Part shown: positions 51,774 through 62,197 of the stretch, in pieces
Numbering within the stretch: the stretch's first letter is position 1
Layout: every line of letters begins with the position of its first letter
Source of the DNA: Spirochaetia bacterium
GTDB lineage: Bacteria > Spirochaetota > Spirochaetia > DSM-16054 > Sediminispirochaetaceae
Assembly (NCBI GenBank): GCA_034520965.1
Contig: JAXHMY010000003.1
Span: 649,233 to 713,232 of the forward strand
Direction of reading: 5' to 3'
DNA length: 64,000 nucleotides
Made by a program: the position numbers and the translations under genes
Notes under the pieces: generated by a model
What the model was told of the DNA's origin: nothing
The model's input: the letters and a program-made list of their open reading frames with translations, nothing else
The model's database searches: none

Positions 51774-52355
51774 TTATTCGAAATTGTAGTTCAGTTCCAC
51801 ACCGCCCCCCGCCACAACTCCCGTTGATTGGTTAGCTGTGAACAGTGGGGAAAAAAAGCCTTTTACGCCGGCGGTAAAATTGGTTTCAGCGAATTTGAGT
51901 CCGGCAAATCCGCTGACAAGGGGACCAACCGAAAAAAACGAATCCCCACGATTCTCCTGGGAAGAGTTGTAATCCGGACCATAATGGAAGATCGTACCAA
52001 GCCCGCCGCCGACAACCGGTTGGGTTCCCCCCTCTTCTCCAAAACGGTGCTCATACATCACCGTCGGTTCGAGCTGCAGTATATCAAATGCAGCGGCAAA
52101 CATAATCGGCCGAAACAGCGGAAGGTTTACTACCACGGTCCCCCTGTCACTCACGGGCACCCGAATATCAAAATACACCTCACCAATCGGACCTCCCGGT
52201 ACACCCGCCGGCGATCCCACGCACATTCGGACATTATCGTATCGCCCGCCGGCTAGAATACGAATGCCGAAGGAAACGCCCCGCTGCTCCTGCGCCCACA
52301 GTCCGGAGGTTATGAACAAAGTCACACAAAAAAATACAAAGAAAATCCGTTTCAT
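51774..52355 (-). CDS. Exported protein, probably a small beta-barrel
   Basis: Signal peptide, Gly-rich strands, ends GGGVELNYNFE. Confidence 0.65.
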   Translation of the reverse strand: MKRIFFVFFCVTLFITSGLWAQEQRGVSFGIRILAGGRYDNVRMCVGSPAGVPGGPIGEVYFDIRVPVSDRGTVVVNLPLFRPIMFAAAFDILQLEPTVMYEHRFGEEGGTQPVVGGGLGTIFHYGPDYNSSQENRGDSFFSVGPLVSGFAGLKFAETNFTAGVKGFFSPLFTANQSTGVVAGGGVELNYNFE

Positions 52356-52474
52356 TTTTTTATCCTTTGCTTAAACATGATATTTCCTTAATTGTAAAAA
52401 ACTAAACTGCTTTTCGCAATTTTTCACAGCGTGGGCATGGGAGTTCTTGGGAGCGGAAACTGTGGATTCAGGAA

Positions 52475-54691
52475 TTATTGCGATGTGTAGTCCCCCAAGA
52501 CAGTCACAATTCCGAGGAATCCATCCACAGTCAGGACCTCTCCTGTCTGAAAGGCCTTGGTTGCCTTCGGAATACCCGTAATGCAGGGGATACCGTATTC
52601 CCGGGCAATTATTGCACCATGGACCAGCATTCCTCCCCGCCGCTCCACAATAGCGGCCACCAGCGGAATAACAAAGGTGATGGTAGGATCAATGGAATCA
52701 CAAACCAGAATTTCACCGGGTTGGACTTCAAAAAGGTCTTCAGCGTTCTCTATCACCCGGGCTCTGCCGGTCGCAATGCCCTCACTTGCACTGGTGCCGG
52801 TGATTTGGCGCGGTTTTACCCGGATATCCTGCCCCGCCACTACTCCAAAGGCTTTCATACTCTGCTCGCGTGCAATACCCTGGGAAGCACGAGGTTCATC
52901 TTCGGGGGTGGATGTTTTTCCCGGAATTTCACGCTGTACAGGGGTTTTTCGGGCAGTATCCCCCACATCGCCCTGGCGTCGGGCCTGTTCATCCCGCACG
53001 CGGAGGTACTCTCCTTGAATTTTCGAAACCTGGAGGTTGTCATCATCTCTCAATCGATAACTGATTCGAGCCAGTTCAAGGAGTCCCGGCCCGTCATCCC
53101 GTCCGAGTGCCTGCATTGCACTGAGAAAGGAGTTTTCGAGTTGTGCGCGTTTTTCCATTTGACCCTTGTGGTCGTTTTCTTTGAGAGCGGCGGTTTTCGA
53201 AAGCCGTCGGGCCAGCTGCACTAGTTGATTCATATCCTTGAAAAGCCGGGTATCGAAGAAGGCGGCATCTCCATAGTTTTCCATGAATTGGTTTAATTCG
53301 ACCTGCAGTTCAAGCGGCAGCTTCTCCACAGTGTGGGCCTGCGGATAGGAGTCTAAACGCTCTCCCAATCGTTTCAATTCGCCGTTTCTGCGGAGACTTT
53401 CCATCTGTTCATGGCTCAACAACTCGATAAACTCAAAGGGAGAATCGGGCTGGATAACCCGGTTGTAGACCTCGCCGAAGAGGCGGCTTCCGTGGGCAAA
53501 TGGAATAAACAGATCCCAATAGGTATGTTCCCACTTTTCAAATAGCTCCCTGCGGCGTTGTATTTCCTCCTCGAGCTGTTGATCATCAAGGCTGTCCAAA
53601 TTTACAGCTGCCAGCTTAAGGGCAGTTCTTTCCAACTCCGGAAAATAGTGCTCTTGAATCTCCTGTTTAATTTCCAGGAGTCTGTCATAGGATACATGCA
53701 GTGTGCGGTACCAGGCGCGCTTATCATCCATTTGCCACAAAGGTGTTTCATCCCGCTGAAGCACAGTAATAGGCCGCGACTGTAGTAGATAAAGAGCACC
53801 GCCGGAGAGCGTCCACTCCACATCCTGGGCTCCTCCAAACTTTTGTTCGAGACGGAAGCCCATAGCAGCTATATCCCGGATGTTCGCCTCGCTCAGGGGC
53901 ACAGCGCTTTTCGAAGCGGCCACTTCAACTCGTTGGATTCCCTGGCCCGCCGGACGCGCCTCATGGGTTCTCTCCTGCCGCAGCCATTCCAGCACCCGGC
54001 CGCTTTGACGCTCCACAGTGATTCGGTCGGGTGTCACCGTTCCCGATACCAGACCTTCGTTCAGACCCGGCACTGTTTCTATCAACAGGTGATCAGGGGA
54101 TTGAATGTTTTCGGTGAAACATACTCCCGATGCTTCGCCTTCGATGAACTTTTGAACTACCACCGCCATAGCTGAATCTTCAACCCTCAGATTCAACTCC
54201 TTGAAATAGATCAGAGCCCGATCGGACCAGAGAGAACTCCAGACTTCTTTGACTGCATTCAAGACCGAGGCGGCGCCCCTTACGTTCACTATTGAATCGT
54301 GCATACCGGCAAAGGAACTTCCCTGGCTGTCCTCAAAGACCGAAGAAGACCGGATTACCAAAGCTGAGTCCATAAGCGGTTCGAGCTGGTCCAACAACTG
54401 TTGCTGCACAGATTCAGGGAAGGGGGTTTTGAGAAATCTATGCCGTATCTTTTGTGAAAGATCCCACACCTCTTCCCAGCGCATCTCCTTTAGTTCTTTG
54501 GTTTCGAGGGCCAGGCTGATATCGGCTTGAAGGCCGCTATAATCCACGAACACACGGTATAATTCAGTACTTAGAACCATGCCGTCAAGAGGAATTCGAA
54601 TAGCCATTTTCTGAAGATTATCGAGGACCATGGCCTTGGCGCCGCAGCTTGCAGATTGTTCCGCGGGTATGTGTCCAATGGAGTATATCAT
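52475..54691 (-). CDS. PEP-synthase-like ATP-grasp + phospho-His swivel protein (rifampin phosphotransferase-type architecture)
   Basis: IRSSSVFED...SFAGMHDS, MAVVVQ, QDVEWT...LQSRPIT; C-terminal GGMLVHGAIIAREYGIPC; no PEP-binding TIM barrel. Confidence 0.85.
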   Translation of the reverse strand: MIYSIGHIPAEQSASCGAKAMVLDNLQKMAIRIPLDGMVLSTELYRVFVDYSGLQADISLALETKELKEMRWEEVWDLSQKIRHRFLKTPFPESVQQQLLDQLEPLMDSALVIRSSSVFEDSQGSSFAGMHDSIVNVRGAASVLNAVKEVWSSLWSDRALIYFKELNLRVEDSAMAVVVQKFIEGEASGVCFTENIQSPDHLLIETVPGLNEGLVSGTVTPDRITVERQSGRVLEWLRQERTHEARPAGQGIQRVEVAASKSAVPLSEANIRDIAAMGFRLEQKFGGAQDVEWTLSGGALYLLQSRPITVLQRDETPLWQMDDKRAWYRTLHVSYDRLLEIKQEIQEHYFPELERTALKLAAVNLDSLDDQQLEEEIQRRRELFEKWEHTYWDLFIPFAHGSRLFGEVYNRVIQPDSPFEFIELLSHEQMESLRRNGELKRLGERLDSYPQAHTVEKLPLELQVELNQFMENYGDAAFFDTRLFKDMNQLVQLARRLSKTAALKENDHKGQMEKRAQLENSFLSAMQALGRDDGPGLLELARISYRLRDDDNLQVSKIQGEYLRVRDEQARRQGDVGDTARKTPVQREIPGKTSTPEDEPRASQGIAREQSMKAFGVVAGQDIRVKPRQITGTSASEGIATGRARVIENAEDLFEVQPGEILVCDSIDPTITFVIPLVAAIVERRGGMLVHGAIIAREYGIPCITGIPKATKAFQTGEVLTVDGFLGIVTVLGDYTSQ

Positions 54692-55137
54692 AGCATTTCC
54701 AATACTGTTACGTTTTGAAAATGATGCACCACATCATAACGCTGAACCTTGATTCCCAAGATTGCGTTTCCCGGCGATTCCACAAACCAGTTGAAGTGCG
54801 GGAATTTAGCCAGAAACAGTTCCCGATAATAGCTGCGATCTCCCGCATCTATCTCTTCTACCTCTCCGCGGGCCTCCACCCCGATCAGCCGCTGTAAATC
54901 TGTAATATCATTTTTGCGGTTATCAATAAAAAGCGACACATAGTTATGCTTCTGAATATTTTCGAATTTCCGGGTAGACCGAGGCGTTACGAATATTATC
55001 TGCCGCATGTCTGCCGCAGGAGCAAACGCCACCAATACCGAGTGAAGCTTATCCTCCCCCTGGGTCGATAATACGGCAAACAACTGTTCGGATAGTAATT
55101 CAGCCACCATTCTCCGGATTTCTTCCGATGCAACCAT
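54688..55137 (-). CDS. Pyridoxamine 5'-phosphate oxidase-like split-barrel protein
   Basis: FAVLST, FVTPRSTRKFENI, VSLFIDNR. Confidence 0.8.
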   Translation of the reverse strand: MVASEEIRRMVAELLSEQLFAVLSTQGEDKLHSVLVAFAPAADMRQIIFVTPRSTRKFENIQKHNYVSLFIDNRKNDITDLQRLIGVEARGEVEEIDAGDRSYYRELFLAKFPHFNWFVESPGNAILGIKVQRYDVVHHFQNVTVLEML

Positions 55138-55139
55138 AC

Positions 55140-56513
55140 TTATTCCTCCTTCTTTTTTTCACCGGGAGCCCGCAGGTGCCCCGCAGTGAGAAGCCGTACA
55201 AGCGCGTCCGCGGCATATTCCGGCCCGCGGGCCCGCATGTGTTTGCTCCAATGGGCCAGATTTTCACGCAACAGACCGCCCTCAATCTTTTCCAGCGCCC
55301 CTTTCAAATCTGACTTAGTAAATCTGTTTGGGTCGAGTACTACCCCCAGCCCTTGACGCTCCACATCGCAGGCAACATTAAACTGATCACTTGAGAACGG
55401 CAGCACTACTGCGGGTTTTCCAAAATACAAACTTTCGGTAAAGCTCCCGACTCCCCCGTGATGCACTACACAGCCTACCCGGGGAAGCAGAGCCTTCTGG
55501 GGGACAAAATCTTCTATCACGGTATTCTCATTTTCCAAAGCTTGAAGCGCCTCTTTCGAAACCCCGGCCGCTACAATCAATAAGGCCGCAGGGACTATTT
55601 CACGCAGGTGGAGGATCAATTTTCTCAAGACATCCGACCGTTGCGCCAAAAAGGTTCCCAGACCAATATATATTATTCTTTCTCTCCCCTTCAAAAGAGC
55701 AGCCCATCTCTCATCCAAAATTTCTTGGGAAAAGGAATACCCCATGAAAATACGCTGCGGAGAAACAGAGTTTTCATTATCCCCAAAATCCGGATAGTTG
55801 AAAATTACCGCACGAGGAGAAGTAAGGGAAAAGGTATGTGTGACCACCTCTTTCGGATATCCTCTTCTCTGCAAAAACTCGGTGGCTGCGCGGTCAAAGT
55901 CTTTTTCCGCGCTCCGCGCATATAGTTTCAATTCGGCTATCTCCTGCGGGCCAGGCTGGAGGCGCTGGGGCCAGCAGAGCGGCATTCCATATACGCTTCC
56001 TTTCTGAGGAATAGTTCCGGGGTGGGGAGGACAAAAGCTCACAAAGGGCAGCTCCAACGCCCGCATCGAGAGGGTCACCGAATAGGAAAGCTGATCCACC
56101 ACCCACAGGTCGGGCCCGATGTTTTGCTGCAGCCTAATGATACCATCCAAGACTTCGTCAGGATTTGCAAACATATCCCGCCGGCGATGGCGCATCTGAA
56201 TAGCTAAGGTCTCCACGGCCCCCTGTGTGCTCGCTTCAAAAAACTCCATCAATCTCTGCTTCTCTTCATCCGCCTGTTCCGTTTCGTTCGCAGAACCGCT
56301 ATTGGCGTTACGGTTTATATATAACTCTTCAAACCGGCAACGGGCTGCGAGTATTTCCTTCTTGAAAAAGGGGGCGCAAGCTACGGTAACTCGTAGGGAC
56401 TTCTCCCGCAGCGCTGCCGCCAGCTGGAGCATTGGTCTAAGATGAGAAAAAAAGGGCGGCGCGAGAAAACATATATGCAGCTCCGCTGCAGGTTTATTTT
56501 GATTGCTTTTCAT
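55140..56513 (-). CDS. GT1 / MGT-family UDP-glycosyltransferase
   Basis: PPFFSHLRPM; FVPQKALL...VVHHGGVGSFTESLYFGKPAVVLPFSSDQ. Confidence 0.85.
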   Translation of the reverse strand: MKSNQNKPAAELHICFLAPPFFSHLRPMLQLAAALREKSLRVTVACAPFFKKEILAARCRFEELYINRNANSGSANETEQADEEKQRLMEFFEASTQGAVETLAIQMRHRRRDMFANPDEVLDGIIRLQQNIGPDLWVVDQLSYSVTLSMRALELPFVSFCPPHPGTIPQKGSVYGMPLCWPQRLQPGPQEIAELKLYARSAEKDFDRAATEFLQRRGYPKEVVTHTFSLTSPRAVIFNYPDFGDNENSVSPQRIFMGYSFSQEILDERWAALLKGRERIIYIGLGTFLAQRSDVLRKLILHLREIVPAALLIVAAGVSKEALQALENENTVIEDFVPQKALLPRVGCVVHHGGVGSFTESLYFGKPAVVLPFSSDQFNVACDVERQGLGVVLDPNRFTKSDLKGALEKIEGGLLRENLAHWSKHMRARGPEYAADALVRLLTAGHLRAPGEKKKEE

Positions 56514-58456
56514 TCTCTCTCCACCACTCGGGCATAAAAATCGGCAAATTTTTGTGCTATGTTCTCCAGAGCATACATTCGCCGTATTGTTGCGGCTGCA
56601 TTTTTTTGCATCGCCCTCCATTGCGGACTCTGCAATCCGGATTTACAGATATACGCACACACATCTCTTCCTATCGATTTTGGATCGCCGGTATCGAGCA
56701 AAAATCCATTTATTCCATGATGAAGGTACTCTTGGGCTCCGCCTTTGAGAGGCGCCATAGTGAGCATTCCCGCACTCATGGCCTCCACTATCGAAAGCCC
56801 AAATTCTTCCTTTTTGCTCGAACAAAGGTATATATGAGGATAATTGCTTGTCGAACCTTTTGCCAATGTCTCTTGGAGTTTTCGCACTTCCTGATTCGGC
56901 AGTGATGATCGAAACAGGACTCTCCCGTGAAGATAAGGTCTCGCCCTCAGATACTCGTAAAACCCTTCAATTATCTCCCCTTCCACCTCTGTGGGATGCT
57001 GGAAATTGCCCCCTACCACAATGAGGTTGAACACCTTCCACAATGCGCACAGATCCCAGGCCTGCAGGAGGGTATACTGCCCCTTGGCAGAATGAAGCCT
57101 TCCAATGTTTAAAATGACCGGTTGGTGTGAAAATCGAGCATCGATGTGAAACCGGTAACTGGAATCAGCCATGAACTCTTCCAGATCTATGCGACTGTGG
57201 TTCACACCGATTCGGATTCCCTCATCTATTCCTTCGATTACGGTATTTTCCTTATTTCTAAGCTTAGGGAAATAGGGAATTAGGGTTGTGGCAATCGAGC
57301 TGCGGCCTATTCCAACTATTCCCTTCGACATATCACAGAGGCGGTCTCCAATTATGATCCGGTGAAAATCCTGCACCCCCGCGGGCAGCGCAGCCGCGTC
57401 CTCCGGGCTATTTTGCGGCGTCTGCTCATCAATGCTGCGGTGGGGGTCCGGGGTGAGCGTACTCACCAATGGAATTTTGAGTCTCTCCGCAAGCTTTGCT
57501 GCCGCAAAAGATGCCGCGTCAATATAGCGAACATGGAAAACCACCGGATCCTCCCGATCCAGCAGCCCTAAATCTTCAATCAAATAAAACAGACGATACT
57601 CTATCAGTGTCTCCGCCTCGCTGTAGCGTTCGGGAGTGCTTCCATTCACCCAAACCGGAATGCGCAGAATAGCATGCCGGTCTTCGGGAAAGGAAAGGGG
57701 TATAAAGGTGTCAGCAGCCTCGGCGGGATACGCAGTATCGTACAGCACCACCGTTACGACACCGGCCATATTCGACTGGCGGCCAAGCATATTTCCCAGA
57801 TCACCCACCAGGGTTGCCATCCCGCCGCTGTCCCCAGTCCCGCTTCTGGCCGGATCACCGTGAAACAGGAATTGAAACAGAACTATTCCCCTTTCCCGCA
57901 GAAAGGGAATTTGAGATTCTACTATTTGAAATGAAGGTTCGCCTTTGTTTTTGAATTTCGGTCCACACACCGTACAATCTTCATCTGCCATCCGCCGCAG
58001 CAGCATTTTGTGGTAGCTGTTCAACACTGAATCGCTCGAAGGAATGCGGCAGAAGGCGGCTACCTTGCAAAGCAGCTCCTTGTCCCGGTCCATCGCAAGC
58101 AAAAATCTCCCCCAGGATCTCAAGGCCGCCTCATCGTTGTTCTTTTCGGCGCTGGTGGGTATGTGTTGGACGGCCCAGCTTTTCAAACTCGCATCTCTTT
58201 TAGATGCTTCAATAAAATAGCTGTCGTAAACGCTCTCTATGCCGAAAAAACTGAGATATTCTGCCGCTCCCCGGGGAAGCGGCAGTTTTTCGACCACAGC
58301 CGCAAGTAATTCCAAAAGGCATGTTTCCATTGGAGTCTCCCGCGGCCGAGAAACAACATAGCGATAGAGCCTGGAATAATACCGGCGAAGGGAGTCCCGA
58401 CTGCCGAGAGATTTTTCCATGTGTAATTCTTTTCTCAACTGGGTAAAACTTATCAT
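56510..58456 (-). CDS. GT4-family glycosyltransferase (sucrose-phosphate-synthase-like motifs) with an extra N-terminal region
   Basis: GDSGGMAT, IGRLHSAKGQ, EEFGLSIVEAMSAG. Confidence 0.8.
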   Translation of the reverse strand: MISFTQLRKELHMEKSLGSRDSLRRYYSRLYRYVVSRPRETPMETCLLELLAAVVEKLPLPRGAAEYLSFFGIESVYDSYFIEASKRDASLKSWAVQHIPTSAEKNNDEAALRSWGRFLLAMDRDKELLCKVAAFCRIPSSDSVLNSYHKMLLRRMADEDCTVCGPKFKNKGEPSFQIVESQIPFLRERGIVLFQFLFHGDPARSGTGDSGGMATLVGDLGNMLGRQSNMAGVVTVVLYDTAYPAEAADTFIPLSFPEDRHAILRIPVWVNGSTPERYSEAETLIEYRLFYLIEDLGLLDREDPVVFHVRYIDAASFAAAKLAERLKIPLVSTLTPDPHRSIDEQTPQNSPEDAAALPAGVQDFHRIIIGDRLCDMSKGIVGIGRSSIATTLIPYFPKLRNKENTVIEGIDEGIRIGVNHSRIDLEEFMADSSYRFHIDARFSHQPVILNIGRLHSAKGQYTLLQAWDLCALWKVFNLIVVGGNFQHPTEVEGEIIEGFYEYLRARPYLHGRVLFRSSLPNQEVRKLQETLAKGSTSNYPHIYLCSSKKEEFGLSIVEAMSAGMLTMAPLKGGAQEYLHHGINGFLLDTGDPKSIGRDVCAYICKSGLQSPQWRAMQKNAAATIRRMYALENIAQKFADFYARVVERE

Positions 58457-58539
58457 TCTCTTGATAAGTATAAGAGAAAAAAAATAAATCCGCCCCGAAA
58501 CATCTTATATTTTCAAATGTTCATCAAGAAAATAACATA

Positions 58540-58670
58540 TTTATAAAAGATGCATATCCTGTAGACGGCCGGAGCTCCTTTGAATCGGCGTGTAAAAAAA
58601 TTTGGCTATTCTTGAAGCAGAGCCGCCTCTCACCCTGTCTATATAGATGAAACCATAGTATACTAGGAGT
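58540..58670 (+). repeat. Cassette leader, copy 3
   Basis: tttataaaagatgcatatcctGTAGacggccggag...tcggcgtg; ttgaagcagagccgcctctcaccctgtctatatag; TATACT 58659; AGGAG. Confidence 0.85.
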
Positions 58671-59276
58671 ATGGACATGAAAGATCTGGCCGAAATACTG
58701 GAAGAGGAACTCTCCGAAGCAGTTGAAGTAAAGAACCCAAAATCTCTGCACCGCTACATATCGCTGCTGACCGGCAATTACGTTGAACAGAATATTCACG
58801 ACCGGCAGTACAATGAACTGAGCAGCAGCATCAAAGAGATGCTGGCCTCGATAAAGGAGGGCTTCCTCCGCATGGACGAGCGGTTTGCCGCTCAGGACAA
58901 ACGATTCGATGCCTTGCAAAAACAGATTGATGAACGCTTTGCCGCCCAGGAGTCACATTTTGCCTCAATGCAGAAGCAAATGGATGCGCGCTTCGACGCT
59001 ACCCAAAAATTGATGGACGAACGCTTCACCACCCAGGAATCACACTTCACCGCACTTCAAAAACAGATTGATGAACGCTTTGCCGCTACCCAAAAGCAGA
59101 TGGACGAACGCTTCACAACCCAGGAATCACACTTCACCACGCTTCAAAAACAGATCGATGAACGCTTCACCTCGCAGGAACGCCAAATTGACCGCCAGTA
59201 CAAACTCATCAGCCTTGGCTTTACCGCTATGGTCCTGGTCATCGCCGCCTTTAATCTGACGATTATCCTGAGCTGA
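58671..59276 (+). CDS. Bdr-like protein, copy 3 (201 aa)
   Basis: Same head and TM; stalk has a 29 aa (11+11+7) higher-order repeat. Confidence 0.9.
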   Translation: MDMKDLAEILEEELSEAVEVKNPKSLHRYISLLTGNYVEQNIHDRQYNELSSSIKEMLASIKEGFLRMDERFAAQDKRFDALQKQIDERFAAQESHFASMQKQMDARFDATQKLMDERFTTQESHFTALQKQIDERFAATQKQMDERFTTQESHFTTLQKQIDERFTSQERQIDRQYKLISLGFTAMVLVIAAFNLTIILS

Positions 59277-59371
59277 TAGGAATGGCGACAAAAACTATGT
59301 CTATCTTAGGTGTTGGTACGATCATGCCCAAAACTACCGTCACTTTTTGACCCTGATGATTTTATGTTACA

Positions 59372-60139
59372 TCAAATACATCTGTGAGAATAAAAAGTTT
59401 TGCAGGGAACGACACAAAGGTCGCCCCCCGCGCAGCACTCAGATAAAGTAATGAATGCTATGTTTAGTCTTGTAGAACTACAAGTTCTTCCTTTGACCAT
59501 CGGGAAGAGGGGTGAGTTCTCTTGTATGTAGCGGATAAACATCTTCTGGTCGGTGAGTTCAAAAGTCTTCAGCTGCTTGGCCTCTCCCATCATGCTGAAG
59601 TCATCTCCTCCTGAGGCTATGAACCCATTTGTCGCTACGGTGTAGGTCTTATTCAGACTGATACCGCTTCCCCCTACCAGGACTTTTCCGACTCTATTGT
59701 AGGGCTCCTTGGAAGGGTCGAAATAAAAACGAAGCCCGCTCACCTGCAGAAAGCCTCCAACCACTTCGGGATAACCATGCAAACCGTGTTCCAGGGCATC
59801 CCATATTTGCTGTCCTGTCATCTCAAGAGTTACCACCTCGTTGTCAAAGGCAAGAATAGCCATCGCAGTTTCTAAAGTGATTTCACCCAAATCTGCGGAA
59901 TCACGAATGCCGCCTCCATTGTAGAGTGCTATGTCAGCCCCCGTATTCTCTCTGATGATGTCGCACACAAGGTTGCCGAGGTTGGTCTCTTGGGTGCGAA
60001 CATGCTGTCGCTCGCCGTTGAGACTGATTTCAGTCTCTCCGATTACCGTATCCAGCCCCTCCTGGGCGAATACCGGCAAGGCCACGAAAGACAAAACCAA
60101 GATAAGCGTAACGGCAATTGAAAATAATCTTGTTCTCAT
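59372..60139 (-). CDS. 5'-nucleotidase C-terminal (substrate-binding) domain protein with its own signal peptide; 3' end probably frameshifted
   Basis: VRTQETNLGNLVCD, NGGGIR, FLQVSGL, YTVATNGFIASGGDDF. Confidence 0.85.
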   Translation of the reverse strand: MRTRLFSIAVTLILVLSFVALPVFAQEGLDTVIGETEISLNGERQHVRTQETNLGNLVCDIIRENTGADIALYNGGGIRDSADLGEITLETAMAILAFDNEVVTLEMTGQQIWDALEHGLHGYPEVVGGFLQVSGLRFYFDPSKEPYNRVGKVLVGGSGISLNKTYTVATNGFIASGGDDFSMMGEAKQLKTFELTDQKMFIRYIQENSPLFPMVKGRTCSSTRLNIAFITLSECCAGGDLCVVPCKTFYSHRCI

Positions 60140-60205
60140 AAAATAATCCCTCCTTTGGATTAAAAAAAGTTTATATACAACGAAAAGGTTTATTCCGACG
60201 GCACA

Positions 60206-61126
60206 TCAGAGACCAAGAATCATATTAGTGACTTCCTGATTGTACTCTTTCAGCATTTCCACAATCTCTTGATCGGGCTCATAGCTATTTTTTATCTCTT
60301 CGGCCGGAATCAGAGAAGCCTCGAGTTTAGGTGCTGCGGCGTCAAAGTTGACCCTGACTTTTCCCAGGTATTTGGTGTATTCGTTGGCCTGTACAATCAA
60401 AGTTTCTCCGACTCGTTTCCCCGAGCTCAAGAAACTGTGGCTGTGACCGTCGACGATCAAGTCGATTCCAGCCACGGATTCCGCGATTTTGGTAGAGCTT
60501 TGTATTCCCACGTGAGTAAGGCCGATGACAAAATCAACTTCTTCCCGGTTCTTCAACACTTCAACATATTTCTCCGACGCAGAGATCATGTCTGTAAAAT
60601 CGATTCCGACCACATTTTTCGGGTGGGTGCTGCTGTAGGTGTCGGAGGTGGCCAAGCCGAAGATACCAATTTTCAACTCTCCCATCTGATGAACAACATA
60701 CGGCTTAAAGAGCAGCTCTCCCTCTTTTTCCACATTTGTGGCGAGAAGATCGAACTCCATGAGCTCGGTCAGCTCGATAAGCTTTTGATATCCATAGTTG
60801 AAATCGTGGTTGCCGGGGGCCATGGCCGTGTATCCGACCCTGTTCATGAGCTCCACCGCACTCCTTCCTTCAAGTTTGTCGGTAATCGGTCGACCGTGCA
60901 GGGCATCTCCGGCATCTAAAACAAACACGTTTTCAAAACGTTCACGGTAGTCCTTGACCGCCGAAGAGAGATACGGCATACCCATCAGATCATCATCTGC
61001 GCTGACTCGCCCATGCATATCGTTAGTATGGAGGATAATCAGCTCATTCGTCTCAGCGTAAAGAGCCGTGCTCGCGAAAAGAAACAGGATTAGTAGTAAG
61101 AAGGCCAGTCCTTTTTTTAACTTCAT
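60206..61126 (-). CDS. 5'-nucleotidase N-terminal metallophosphoesterase domain protein with signal peptide
   Basis: ILHTNDMHG, LDAGD, PGNHDFNYG, LTHVG, DGHSH. Confidence 0.9.
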   Translation of the reverse strand: MKLKKGLAFLLLILFLFASTALYAETNELIILHTNDMHGRVSADDDLMGMPYLSSAVKDYRERFENVFVLDAGDALHGRPITDKLEGRSAVELMNRVGYTAMAPGNHDFNYGYQKLIELTELMEFDLLATNVEKEGELLFKPYVVHQMGELKIGIFGLATSDTYSSTHPKNVVGIDFTDMISASEKYVEVLKNREEVDFVIGLTHVGIQSSTKIAESVAGIDLIVDGHSHSFLSSGKRVGETLIVQANEYTKYLGKVRVNFDAAAPKLEASLIPAEEIKNSYEPDQEIVEMLKEYNQEVTNMILGL

Positions 61127-61143
61127 GCCAATCCTCCTTAGGA

Positions 61144-61165
61144 TAATTGGACCTTAATTGGACCT
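61144..61165. promoter_or_regulatory. 11 bp tandem direct repeat upstream of the nucleotidase pair
   Basis: TAATTGGACCT twice. Confidence 0.35.
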
Positions 61166-61357
61166 TATATGCTAAGCGGGACAAATAAACTTGTCAAGGA
61201 TAAAGATATCACTTGGGTGCCCGACTGAACAACAATTGAGGAGACGCTTGCGGGAAGTTAAAACTTGTTAACAACTATACAATTGTATCCCGATTCATTC
61301 CGCCCTCTCCTTCAGAATCACACAAATGAGACAGGTAAAATAAAAACGTCAGCACAA

Positions 61358-61540
61358 TTTTTATATAAAAAATGCACATCCTGTAGACGGCCGCCGCCGC
61401 CCAATCGGCTCGCGGCCCCAGCGAGTAGCCAGCCGGAGGACCCTTGGGTCGGCGTGGAGAAAAAATTCTGGCGCATCCTTGAAGCGGAGCCGCCTCTCAC
61501 CCTGTCTGTATAGACGAGAACGGTAGATTGATGTAGGAGT
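61358..61540 (+). repeat. Cassette leader, copy 4 (two GTAG units)
   Basis: ataaaaaatgcacatcctGTAGacggccg...gaGTAGccagccggaggacccttgggtcggcgtg; ttgaagcggagccgcctctcaccctgtctgtatag. Confidence 0.85.
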
Positions 61541-62011
61541 ACTGAACACTGAAAGATCTGGCCGAAATCTACTGGAAGAAGAACTCTCCGATGCAGTTGA
61601 AGTAAGAGAACCCTGAATCTCTGCACCGCGACATATTCGCCGCTGACCGGCAATTACGTTGAACAGAACATTCACGACCGGCAGTACAATGAACTGAGCA
61701 GCTGTAACAAAGAGATGCTGGCCTCGATCAAGGAGGGATTCCGCCGCATGGACGAGCGGTTTGCCGCTCAGGACAAACGATTCGAGGCCTTGCAAAAACA
61801 GATTGATGAACGCTTTGCCGCTACCCAAAAGCAGATGGATGAACGCTTCACCGCCCAGGAATCGCACTTCACCTCGCTACAAAAACAGATCGATGAACGC
61901 TTTACCTCGCAGGAACGCCAAATTGACCGCCAGTACAAACTCATCAGCCTGGGCTTTACCGCTATGGTCCTGGTCATCGCCGCCTTTAATCTGACGATTA
62001 TCCTGAGCTAA
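61541..62011 (+). CDS. Bdr-like protein, copy 4 (5' third disrupted by many indels; about 154 aa if restored)
   Basis: gaaagatctggccgaaat...ggcaattacgttgaacagaac; intact from MLASIKEGF to FNLTIILS; 3' end almost identical to copy 3. Confidence 0.8.
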
Positions 62012-62197
62012 TAGCTCCCAACAGTGTACCCATTTCTATTTTATCAATTACAAGGCTTTGAGGCGTGCAGCATAACCCCCTGCACATAGAGAATTTAAGA
62101 GTGGCGCTCACTTCTTGATTCTAAATAGTCTGCGTCTCTCCTCACATTATACAGAGACACAAAAACAAAAATCCTTCGGTCATAATCTTCACTAACC

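Noticed and set aside
52475..54691. Calling this gene ppsA or rph
   Set aside because: It lacks the PpsA C-terminal barrel, and substrate specificity cannot be inferred from architecture alone.
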